Shown piece by piece: positions 56,062-64,000 of a stretch of 64,000 nt of DNA. A program made the translations under genes and the position numbers. The notes beneath the pieces are model-generated. The model was not told where the DNA came from. It was given only the letters and a program-made list of their open reading frames with translations, and ran no database searches. Position 1 is the stretch's first letter; the number at the start of each line of letters is the position of its first letter. Origin of the DNA: Bacteroidales bacterium. GTDB lineage: Bacteria; Bacteroidota; Bacteroidia; Bacteroidales; UBA932. Location: positions 7,972 to 71,971 of the forward strand of contig JAFURF010000009.1 of NCBI GenBank assembly GCA_017471965.1. The letters are read 5' to 3'.

Positions 56062-57597
56062 TCAGACTCGGGAAGCACAGTTTATACCATCAAGCGCAGA
56101 AGACACTATTCCTCCGGCATATCCCGCTCCCTCACCGCATGGGTAAAGTCCTGACACCTGAGTGTGCTCAAGAGTCTCCGGGTCACGAGGGATACGTACC
56201 GGTGACGATGTACGGGACTCCACGCCCAGAAGAAGAGCATCATTGGTATAATAACCGTGCATCTTCTTGTTTCCTATTTCAGGGAAGGCATACTTGAGCC
56301 TCAGCGAGACATGCTCTGGGAGAAGTTCATGCAGAGGTGCATTTGCCGCACCCGGATGGTACGAAGTCTGAGGCAGACCGCTCGAAGGAACCCTGCGGCA
56401 GAAATCCATCATCCTCTGTGCAGGAGCCTTCAGAGAGCCGGTGTACTCGAACATCTTCCTTTCAACATCCTTCTGGAAATGAAGGAGGGCGAGAGGACCA
56501 TGCTGTGCATATTCAGGAAAGTCCTCAGGCTCTATCTGTACGACAACTCCTGCATTCGCCCATTTTGAATTTCGCTGCGAATTGGACATGCCGTTGAGAA
56601 CAAGTTCCCCTGATGCCGTAGACGCCGGAACCAGGATTCCTCCCGGACACATGCAGAAAGAGAAGACTCCCCTGCCCTCGATCTGGGTTACGAAAGAATA
56701 TTCGGCCGTCGGCATATATGGCTGATATTTGCCGTGGTACTGGATCCTGTTGATAAGGGACTGCGGATGTTCCACCCTGACTCCCATGGCGAAGCCCTTG
56801 GCCTGAAGTTCCCAGCCCTTGCGGTCAAACATTTCGTATATATCCCTTGCAGAATGTCCTGTGGCAAGGATCACCTTGCGGGATGAATATACGTCAGACG
56901 CCCCGACATGGACATCAAACGATCCGTCGCCTTTCTTGACGATGTCAGTCACACGGGAATCGAAATGGTATTCACCGCCATGCTCGATGATGCACTTGCG
57001 GATATTCTCCACCACTATCGGAAGACGGTCGCTTCCGATATGGGGATGAGCGTCGATAAGGATTGTCGGGTCGGCTCCGAAACGCACCAGTTGATGCAGG
57101 ACCTCACGGATGTCTCCGCGCTTGGATGACCTTGTGTATAGTTTGCCGTCAGAGAATGTACCTGCACCACCTTCTCCGAAGCAGTAGTTCGAATCAGGGT
57201 TGACTTCTCCTTCCTTAGACAGCCTCGCCATGTCGAATTTGCGCGCATGGACATCCTTGCCGCGTTCCAGTATGACAGGCTTGAAACCTCGCATCAGCAG
57301 ACGCAAGGCGGCGAACATGCCTGCAGGACCTGCACCAACGATGATGACAGGTTCGGCCGAAGAAACGTCCTTATACTCTTCAAGGACATACTCCAGCATG
57401 ACCTCATCCGGCCTGAAGACTTCAACTCTGTATCTGTACAGGATGTCGTTGCGAGCGTCTATTGACCTGCGCACAATCCTGTATTTTATCTGCATCTTTG
57501 CCTTGGGAGAGACTCCGAGAGCCTTCAATGCTGCAGTCTGGATCTCATCGGCAGAGAGTTCCTTGCCTAGTCTGCATGTGATTTCAATCTCTTTCAT
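56062..57597 (-). CDS. FAD-dependent oxidoreductase
   Basis: VGAGPAG, FGEGGAGTFSDGKL, FCMCPGG, GEGAGYAGGIVS. Confidence 0.88.
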   Translation of the reverse strand: MKEIEITCRLGKELSADEIQTAALKALGVSPKAKMQIKYRIVRRSIDARNDILYRYRVEVFRPDEVMLEYVLEEYKDVSSAEPVIIVGAGPAGMFAALRLLMRGFKPVILERGKDVHARKFDMARLSKEGEVNPDSNYCFGEGGAGTFSDGKLYTRSSKRGDIREVLHQLVRFGADPTILIDAHPHIGSDRLPIVVENIRKCIIEHGGEYHFDSRVTDIVKKGDGSFDVHVGASDVYSSRKVILATGHSARDIYEMFDRKGWELQAKGFAMGVRVEHPQSLINRIQYHGKYQPYMPTAEYSFVTQIEGRGVFSFCMCPGGILVPASTASGELVLNGMSNSQRNSKWANAGVVVQIEPEDFPEYAQHGPLALLHFQKDVERKMFEYTGSLKAPAQRMMDFCRRVPSSGLPQTSYHPGAANAPLHELLPEHVSLRLKYAFPEIGNKKMHGYYTNDALLLGVESRTSSPVRIPRDPETLEHTQVSGLYPCGEGAGYAGGIVSSALDGINCASRV

Positions 57598-57599
57598 TA

Positions 57600-58622
57600 T
57601 CAGAATTCCGCTAATCGTGATACCGGCGCTACATCCAGAGACGAGCGCTCACCGTTCATATAATGGAACCATCCGGCAATCGCTATCATGGCAGCATTGT
57701 CAGTTGTGAACTTGAATTCCGGGAGGAAGGTCGTCCACCCCCTCTTCTTACCTTCTTCGACAATGCGCGCACGCAGTCCGCTGTTGGCGGAAACGCCTCC
57801 ACCTATCGTGATATGCCTGATACCGGTCTGCTTTGCAGCCTTTATGAGTTTGTCCATCAGTATGTCTATCAACGCCTTCTGGAAACCTGCGCAGATGTCA
57901 GCCTTGTTCTTTTCCATGAATTCCGGATCTAGAGCCATCTGGTCGCGGACGAAATACAGAAGCGATGTCTTGATGCCGCTGAAACTATAGTCGAGTCCTG
58001 GTATATGCGGTTTAGAGAACTTGAACCGGTCAGGATCGCCTTCCTTGGCCAGACGGTCCACAATCGGGCCTCCTGGGTATCCGAGTCCCATCATCTTGGA
58101 ACATTTGTCGAAAGCCTCACCTACCGCATCGTCTATGGTCTGTCCAAGGATCTCATATTCAAGAGGACTGTCGACTCTCACTATCTGTGAATTTCCTCCT
58201 GACACAAGCAGACAAAGATACGGGAATTCCGGACATCTGTTCTCTGAGCCTTCCTGCTTTATGAAGTTCGCAAGTATATGACCCTGAAGGTGATTCACCT
58301 CGACAAGGGGCTTTCCGAGAGACATCGCAAGTCCTTTGGCAAAGGATGTTCCCACTAGCAGAGAGCCAAGGAGTCCCGGGCCTCTGGTGAATGCTATTGC
58401 AGTGATATCTTCCGGACTGATGCCGGCACGGGTGATGGCCTCGCTCACAACAGGAACGATGTTGACCTGATGTGCACGCGAAGCAAGTTCCGGAATCACA
58501 CCGCCATAAGCCTTGTGGACATCCTGACTGGCCAGCACATTGGACAGAAGCCATCCGTCTCTGATGACCGCAGCGGATGTATCGTCGCAAGAAGATTCTA
58601 TTCCTAAAATTATATCTGCCAT
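57600..58622 (-). CDS. tsaD: tRNA N6-threonylcarbamoyltransferase subunit TsaD
   Basis: LGIESSCDDT, PELASRAH, NHLQGH, DDAVGEAFDK, SFSG, DNAAMIA. Confidence 0.96.
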   Translation of the reverse strand: MADIILGIESSCDDTSAAVIRDGWLLSNVLASQDVHKAYGGVIPELASRAHQVNIVPVVSEAITRAGISPEDITAIAFTRGPGLLGSLLVGTSFAKGLAMSLGKPLVEVNHLQGHILANFIKQEGSENRCPEFPYLCLLVSGGNSQIVRVDSPLEYEILGQTIDDAVGEAFDKCSKMMGLGYPGGPIVDRLAKEGDPDRFKFSKPHIPGLDYSFSGIKTSLLYFVRDQMALDPEFMEKNKADICAGFQKALIDILMDKLIKAAKQTGIRHITIGGGVSANSGLRARIVEEGKKRGWTTFLPEFKFTTDNAAMIAIAGWFHYMNGERSSLDVAPVSRLAEF

Positions 58623-58718
58623 AATATTCGGTTTCAATAAATAAAAAGGCATGTAATATGCATTTATGCCGACTGCAAAAATACGGATTTTATCCGATAT
58701 TTTTACTATTTTTGCAAG

Positions 58719-61700
58719 TTGGACAGAGCAATAAAGACCAGAGCCATCAAAAGAGTCGTTAAAATAGTCTGGCGCACATTAGTCGCCGTATCTGCTTTTC
58801 TGTTTGCGGTAGCGCTTATCTTGCAGTTGCCGCAGGTTCAGACTTTCGTCTCAAGCAAGGCACTGAATGTTCTGAGTGAGGCATTTGACGGAGACATCAC
58901 TGTCGAAAAGATCCATCTGAAGCCATTCACGACCCTGGTCATCAAAAACATAGCAATTGTCGACCGCGAGCCGGTCCAGGATCCTCTAGACCCGACGAGC
59001 GTCAGGATAGACACTCTTTTCAGAGCGGAATATGTCATAGCAAGATTTACCCTGGACGGCCTGATCCGTCAGGAAGGCGTCCATCTGAAGTCTGCATACG
59101 TGGAGAACGCCCAGATGAATCTGGTATTGGAAGACAACATCAAGGGATACACAAAGAACAAGGGCACAGACAATCTTTCCCGCATATTCCGTCTGGTTCC
59201 TAAAACTCCGGAGAAAAACGAAAAGGAAATCTTCCATATCAGAAAGGTGGAGATCCGGGACATGGGCTTTGCAATGAAGAGTTACATGACAGAAAGGCCG
59301 ACATACTCTGGTGGCATTGACTGGAATGACCTGGACATCAAGAACATAAACCTGATGGCAAAAGGACTTGGATTCAAAGGAGGCATCATGTCCGGTGACC
59401 TGGAACGCCTTTCATTCCGTGAAAAGAGCGGATATGAAGTTGAAGACCTTACGGGAAGTGCCAGAGTAGGAAGAGGAAAGACAATCGTTGAAAACCTCCA
59501 TATTGACGATCTTTGGTCGGACGTGCATCTCAACCTCTTCATGATGAGTTATGAGAATGTCAAGGCGTTCCAGAACTTCATTGAAGAAGTGAAACTGGAT
59601 GGTGACATAGCGCGGAGCGAACTGGATTTCGAGACCATTTCCTATTTTGCCCCTGAACTGAAAGGCAATGACCTGAAGGCTGTTGTCTCGGGAAAGATGT
59701 CTGGTCCGGTAGACGATTTCGCATTCAAGGACATCACAATAAACTGTCTTTCAGGAGAATTCTCAGGAAAAGCGGACGGAAGGATGACAGGACTCCCCGA
59801 CATAGGAAGGACACGCCTGACAGCGGTTCTCAAGGACTTTACATTCACCAGTACAGGACTTGGCTTGTTCATTACAGAGTGGATGATGGGCAAAGGAGTA
59901 CTGGATCTTGGAAGGTATGCGGAAGGAACGACCTTCTCCATGGAAGCAAAAGCATCCGGACTTCTGAATCACCTGAATGTCCAGGCAGACATCGGTTCTC
60001 CAGCAGGAGGACTGACGGCAGACCTTCGTCTTGACGACATCGTCATCCCCAAAAAGAGCATCGGAATTTCCGGTAATGCAACCACGGAAGCCCTGGATCT
60101 GGGCAAGATACTCGGAAAGAGCGTCCTTGGTCCTGTTGACCTGCACACATCTTTCGATGCAGGCATCGGAATCGGAAAAAATCCATCATCAGTAAGAATC
60201 GACACACTCAACATCCAGCGTCTCAATGCCAACCGATACGACTATTCGAACATAGCGGCCGTCGGAAAACTTGAAAACAATGCATTCGACGGAAGGATCA
60301 TCTGTCATGACCCTAATCTCAACTTCATCCTTCAGGGAACATTCGCCCTGTCTGCCAAAACTCAGAATGCCCGCTACAAATTCTACGCAAACGTCGGACA
60401 CGCAGACCTGCAGGCCCTGAACATAGACAAGAGAGGGACATCAAGGATAGACCTTACCGCCAGTGCCGACTTCACAAAGACGGGCAAAGGAGACTTGCGA
60501 GGAAAAATCGACATAGGAGGGCTCACGCTCGAAAACAGTATGGGGCGCAACGACATCGGAAACATCAGCGTGACCTCATACAGCAGAGACCATCAGTACA
60601 TCATAAGGATGGACTCCGGATTTGCCAATGGAAAATATACAGGCACTGCCCCTGTAACGACTTTCATATCCGATCTCAGAGACATCACACTCAAGAAGGA
60701 ACTTCCTGCCCTTCTGCCGGACTCGACATATGTATGGAACGGAAACAGTTATGACCTGAACTTCAGATGCAGCAATTCAATGGACATACTGAGTTTCATA
60801 ATGCCGGGACTGTATGTTGACGAAGGCACATCACTCGATGCATCTCTCAGCAAGGATGGCCTGTTCACGGCAGAACTGAATTCTGACAGACTGGCATTCA
60901 GAACGAATTACCTGAAGGGAATCTCTCTGAAATTCGACAATAAGGAAGATGACCTTAAGGGATCCATGGACTGCGATGAAATCAAGGTTGCATCCGTCAC
61001 ATTGAAAGACAACCGCTTCGACATCCATGGCGGGGCCGATCAGATCGGCATCAGATACGCATATGACAACACCGGGGAATTGGTCAATAAGGGAGAATTC
61101 ATCCTTAGGGCCGGACTTGAGCGTGATGCAGAAGGGCTCGGCGTAGATATGGAAGTTCTGCCATCGGCACTGTACCTGAACTCAAAGGAATGGAGTTTCC
61201 TCCCTTCTGCATTCAGAATAAAGGAAGGAAATCTTGACGTGAACTCTTTCGTGATGACATCAGGGAATGAAAGGATAAGCATAACAGGAAGAGCATCCAA
61301 AGAGCAGAAGGATACCATCACACTGAACCTTGACAGATTTGACATTTCAGCGATAAACTCCCTGCTGACCTCGGATTTCGGCATCAGAGGTGCAGCAAGC
61401 GGCAGAGTGCAGATGACATCACCGATGTCGTCAAAAGGCATTCTTGCCGACATGATCTGCGACTCAACATATATTGCAGGAACACCTTTAGGGACACTTT
61501 CTCTTGGAAGCGCCTGGAACGACGGGCAGAAGAACTTCGGCCTCTTTGTAAGGAATGACATCGACGGAAAGAACACCCTGGATGTGTCCGGAACCTTTAC
61601 TCCAAAAGGCAACATCCTGGATATCAATGCGATATTGGACAGGATGAGGATAGACTATTTCCAGCCGGTCCTCACTGATGTGTTCAGTGAAATGAAGGGA

Positions 61701-63305
61701 GAAGTATCAGGCATTTTCACCGTCAGCGGCCCGCTCGACATGCTGAATGTCGGAAGCAGGAACGCCAGACTGGAAGACGCCACATTGACGGTTGACTACA
61801 CCAACGTCCCATACAATGCAGACGGATGGTTCCATGTCGACGAGAACGGTGTCTTCTTCGACAACATCAGCATCAGGGACAGATATACAGGAACAGGTAC
61901 CGTAAGAGGCAGCATCAATTGGAACCACTTACGGAACATAAATTTCGACACGCACATCAGAGTAAACGAAATAGAAGGAATCAATCTGCCTGATGACACA
62001 GGAAAAGGCTTTTACGGAAACGTATCCGGTACCGGAAACGTATCGATCACAGGTCCTGTCAATGCACTCGTTCTGAATGTTGATGCAGTAACTGCAAAAA
62101 GCGGAGAACTGCACATTCCTCTTGCTTCATCAGCCACAGCCGGCAAGGTCACCAATCTTCTGAGATTCAAGGAAAAAGAAAGCAATGAAAGGATTGACCC
62201 ATATGAACAGATGATGCTGAGGCTCAGCACCAAGGAAAAGGAAGAAAACAATCTTGCTGTGAAACTGCGTGTAAGCGCCAACCCTGAAATCGAGGCATAT
62301 GTTGAAATAGATAAGGCAAGCGGCAACGTACTCTCCGGACACGGAAACGGACTTATCGACATAGAAGCCGACATGGAGAGGTTCAGCATCAACGGTGACT
62401 ACACCCTCACAGGAGGAAACTACAAGTTCGTTGCTATGGGACTGGTGAGCCGCGACTTCCAGATAGAGGACGGCAGTTCTGTCCGTTTCAATGGGGACAT
62501 AATGGAAAGTATTCTGGATATCAATGCCATATACCGCACCAAAGCATCTCTTTCAACTCTGTTATCTGACGTGTCATCCGTATCAAACAAGAGGACTGTC
62601 GACTGTACGATAGGCATATCGGACAAGATCAGCAACCCTAGACTCAGTTTCGGAATCCAGATTCCGGACCTGAGCCCTATGTACAAATCAAGGGTTGAAA
62701 GTGCATTAAGCACGGAAGACAAGGTGCAGAAACAGTTCCTGTCGCTGATTGTTTCAAACAACTTCCTGCCTGACGAGCAGTCAGGCATAGTGAACAACTC
62801 ATCCGTACTTTATTCGAATGTCACGGAAATGTTCGCAAACCAGTTGAACAATATATTCCAGAAACTCGACATACCGCTTGACCTCGGACTGAATTACCAG
62901 CCAAACGAACAAGGCAACGACATGTTCGATGTGGCTGTCTCGACACAACTGTTCAACAACAGGGTCGTAGTGAACGGCAACATAGGAAACAGGCAGTACA
63001 ATACAGCGGGGTCACAGAACGACGTAGTCGGAGATCTGGACATTGAAATAAAACTCAACAGGTCAGGAGCATTCCGACTGAACCTGTTCTCTCACTCGGC
63101 TGACCAGTTCTCGAACTATCTTGACAACTCGCAGAGAAATGGTGTCGGTATCATGTATCAGACGGAATTCAACAATTTCAGACGATTCGTAAGAAACATA
63201 TTCATGAGGAAGACGAAGAGGCAGGAAGCAGTTCTTCAGGAAGAACAGGCCATGCTTGAAGGCGGAAAAGTCGAACTTAAGATTGAAAGGAAAGAAGATG
63301 AGTGA
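58719..63305 (+). CDS. tamB: Translocation/assembly module TamB domain protein
   Basis: 1528 aa, N-terminal TM plus LPQVQT, beta-rich repeats, C-terminal VGDLDIEIKLNRSG region; TTG start uncertain. Confidence 0.8.
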   Translation: MDRAIKTRAIKRVVKIVWRTLVAVSAFLFAVALILQLPQVQTFVSSKALNVLSEAFDGDITVEKIHLKPFTTLVIKNIAIVDREPVQDPLDPTSVRIDTLFRAEYVIARFTLDGLIRQEGVHLKSAYVENAQMNLVLEDNIKGYTKNKGTDNLSRIFRLVPKTPEKNEKEIFHIRKVEIRDMGFAMKSYMTERPTYSGGIDWNDLDIKNINLMAKGLGFKGGIMSGDLERLSFREKSGYEVEDLTGSARVGRGKTIVENLHIDDLWSDVHLNLFMMSYENVKAFQNFIEEVKLDGDIARSELDFETISYFAPELKGNDLKAVVSGKMSGPVDDFAFKDITINCLSGEFSGKADGRMTGLPDIGRTRLTAVLKDFTFTSTGLGLFITEWMMGKGVLDLGRYAEGTTFSMEAKASGLLNHLNVQADIGSPAGGLTADLRLDDIVIPKKSIGISGNATTEALDLGKILGKSVLGPVDLHTSFDAGIGIGKNPSSVRIDTLNIQRLNANRYDYSNIAAVGKLENNAFDGRIICHDPNLNFILQGTFALSAKTQNARYKFYANVGHADLQALNIDKRGTSRIDLTASADFTKTGKGDLRGKIDIGGLTLENSMGRNDIGNISVTSYSRDHQYIIRMDSGFANGKYTGTAPVTTFISDLRDITLKKELPALLPDSTYVWNGNSYDLNFRCSNSMDILSFIMPGLYVDEGTSLDASLSKDGLFTAELNSDRLAFRTNYLKGISLKFDNKEDDLKGSMDCDEIKVASVTLKDNRFDIHGGADQIGIRYAYDNTGELVNKGEFILRAGLERDAEGLGVDMEVLPSALYLNSKEWSFLPSAFRIKEGNLDVNSFVMTSGNERISITGRASKEQKDTITLNLDRFDISAINSLLTSDFGIRGAASGRVQMTSPMSSKGILADMICDSTYIAGTPLGTLSLGSAWNDGQKNFGLFVRNDIDGKNTLDVSGTFTPKGNILDINAILDRMRIDYFQPVLTDVFSEMKGEVSGIFTVSGPLDMLNVGSRNARLEDATLTVDYTNVPYNADGWFHVDENGVFFDNISIRDRYTGTGTVRGSINWNHLRNINFDTHIRVNEIEGINLPDDTGKGFYGNVSGTGNVSITGPVNALVLNVDAVTAKSGELHIPLASSATAGKVTNLLRFKEKESNERIDPYEQMMLRLSTKEKEENNLAVKLRVSANPEIEAYVEIDKASGNVLSGHGNGLIDIEADMERFSINGDYTLTGGNYKFVAMGLVSRDFQIEDGSSVRFNGDIMESILDINAIYRTKASLSTLLSDVSSVSNKRTVDCTIGISDKISNPRLSFGIQIPDLSPMYKSRVESALSTEDKVQKQFLSLIVSNNFLPDEQSGIVNNSSVLYSNVTEMFANQLNNIFQKLDIPLDLGLNYQPNEQGNDMFDVAVSTQLFNNRVVVNGNIGNRQYNTAGSQNDVVGDLDIEIKLNRSGAFRLNLFSHSADQFSNYLDNSQRNGVGIMYQTEFNNFRRFVRNIFMRKTKRQEAVLQEEQAMLEGGKVELKIERKEDE

Positions 63306-64000
63306 CAACAGAAAAGGAAAACTATACCTGATCCCGTCGCCTCTCGGGGAGAATGACCCTGCGGAGGTTATTCCACGTCCTGTGCTTGATTCCCTGCCAG
63401 GATTCAGGACATTTGTAGTGGAAGAGGTCCGTACGGCAAGAAGATATCTTTCACGTGCAGGTCTTCGTGGAAAGATCGAATCACTGGAGTTTCATGAACT
63501 GAACGAGCACACCGACCAGGCGACAGTCGAGGGGTATCTGCGGCTGTTTGACGACGGTAATGATGTGGCTCTTATATCGGAGGCCGGATTGCCAGCAGTA
63601 GCAGATCCTGGAGCACAACTGGTTGCATTGGCTCACAGGCATGGCATTGAAGTCATACCGGCAGTAGGTCCGTCATCTCTTATGATGGCCCTTATGGCCT
63701 CAGGACTGAACGGTCAGTCATTCGCTTTCTGCGGTTACATTCCGGCAAAGACTGATGAAAGAAGAAGCCGTCTGAAGACCTTGGAAAAGGTTTCAGGACA
63801 GTTGAAACAGACACAGATCATCATTGAGACACCATATAGGAACGACTCCCTGTTTGCTGACATGCTGTCAGTATGCAGCCCCTCTGTACGTATCTGTGTT
63901 GCTGTAAACATCACCATGCCGGATGCATATATAAAGACAAAGAAAGTATCCGAGTGGAAGAAGGAAGGTCTGGTCATCGGAAAAAGACCGTGTGTATTTT
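63298..64000 (+). CDS. SAM-dependent tetrapyrrole-methylase-fold protein (RsmI-like); runs off window end
   Basis: Translated by hand: MSDNRKGKLYLIPSPLG...SEAGLPAVADPG...GPSSLMMALMASGLNGQSFAFCGYIP...IETPYRN. Confidence 0.88.
   Translation, partial: MSDNRKGKLYLIPSPLGENDPAEVIPRPVLDSLPGFRTFVVEEVRTARRYLSRAGLRGKIESLEFHELNEHTDQATVEGYLRLFDDGNDVALISEAGLPAVADPGAQLVALAHRHGIEVIPAVGPSSLMMALMASGLNGQSFAFCGYIPAKTDERRSRLKTLEKVSGQLKQTQIIIETPYRNDSLFADMLSVCSPSVRICVAVNITMPDAYIKTKKVSEWKKEGLVIGKRPCVF

Overview
Chromosomal window from a Bacteroidales bacterium (short RpoD, TAnnTTTG -7 promoters, xerC-raiA pair, Bacteroidetes-type SRP RNA). It is mostly housekeeping: holA, cca, xerC, raiA, trpS, tsaA, nhaA, ferritin, argS, rpoD, degP, dnaN, katA, mnmA, cdd, tsaD, tamB, tRNA-Thr(CGT), ffs, plus a five-gene polysaccharide cluster and GH84/GH36 enzymes. 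The main find is at 5.3-10.0 kb. Two paralogous fimbrillin-like surface lipoprotein genes face each other between 139-bp inverted repeats (5396-5534 / 9838-9976, one mismatch). Each repeat carries the 5' leader and the constant N-terminus of a small peptide with a variable tail, and starts exactly at an 8-7-8 dyad resembling a tyrosine-recombinase core site. Only the left repeat has a consensus -7 promoter outside it, so the locus looks like an either/or invertible adhesin switch. Second, 52.37-52.56 kb holds back-to-back diverged 3' ends of both flanking genes (M64 peptidase and CotH), a likely footprint of a GH36 gene acquired from a relative. No CRISPR array, transposase or prophage gene was recognised. 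All calls come from reading the sequence and recalling motifs; no searches were run.
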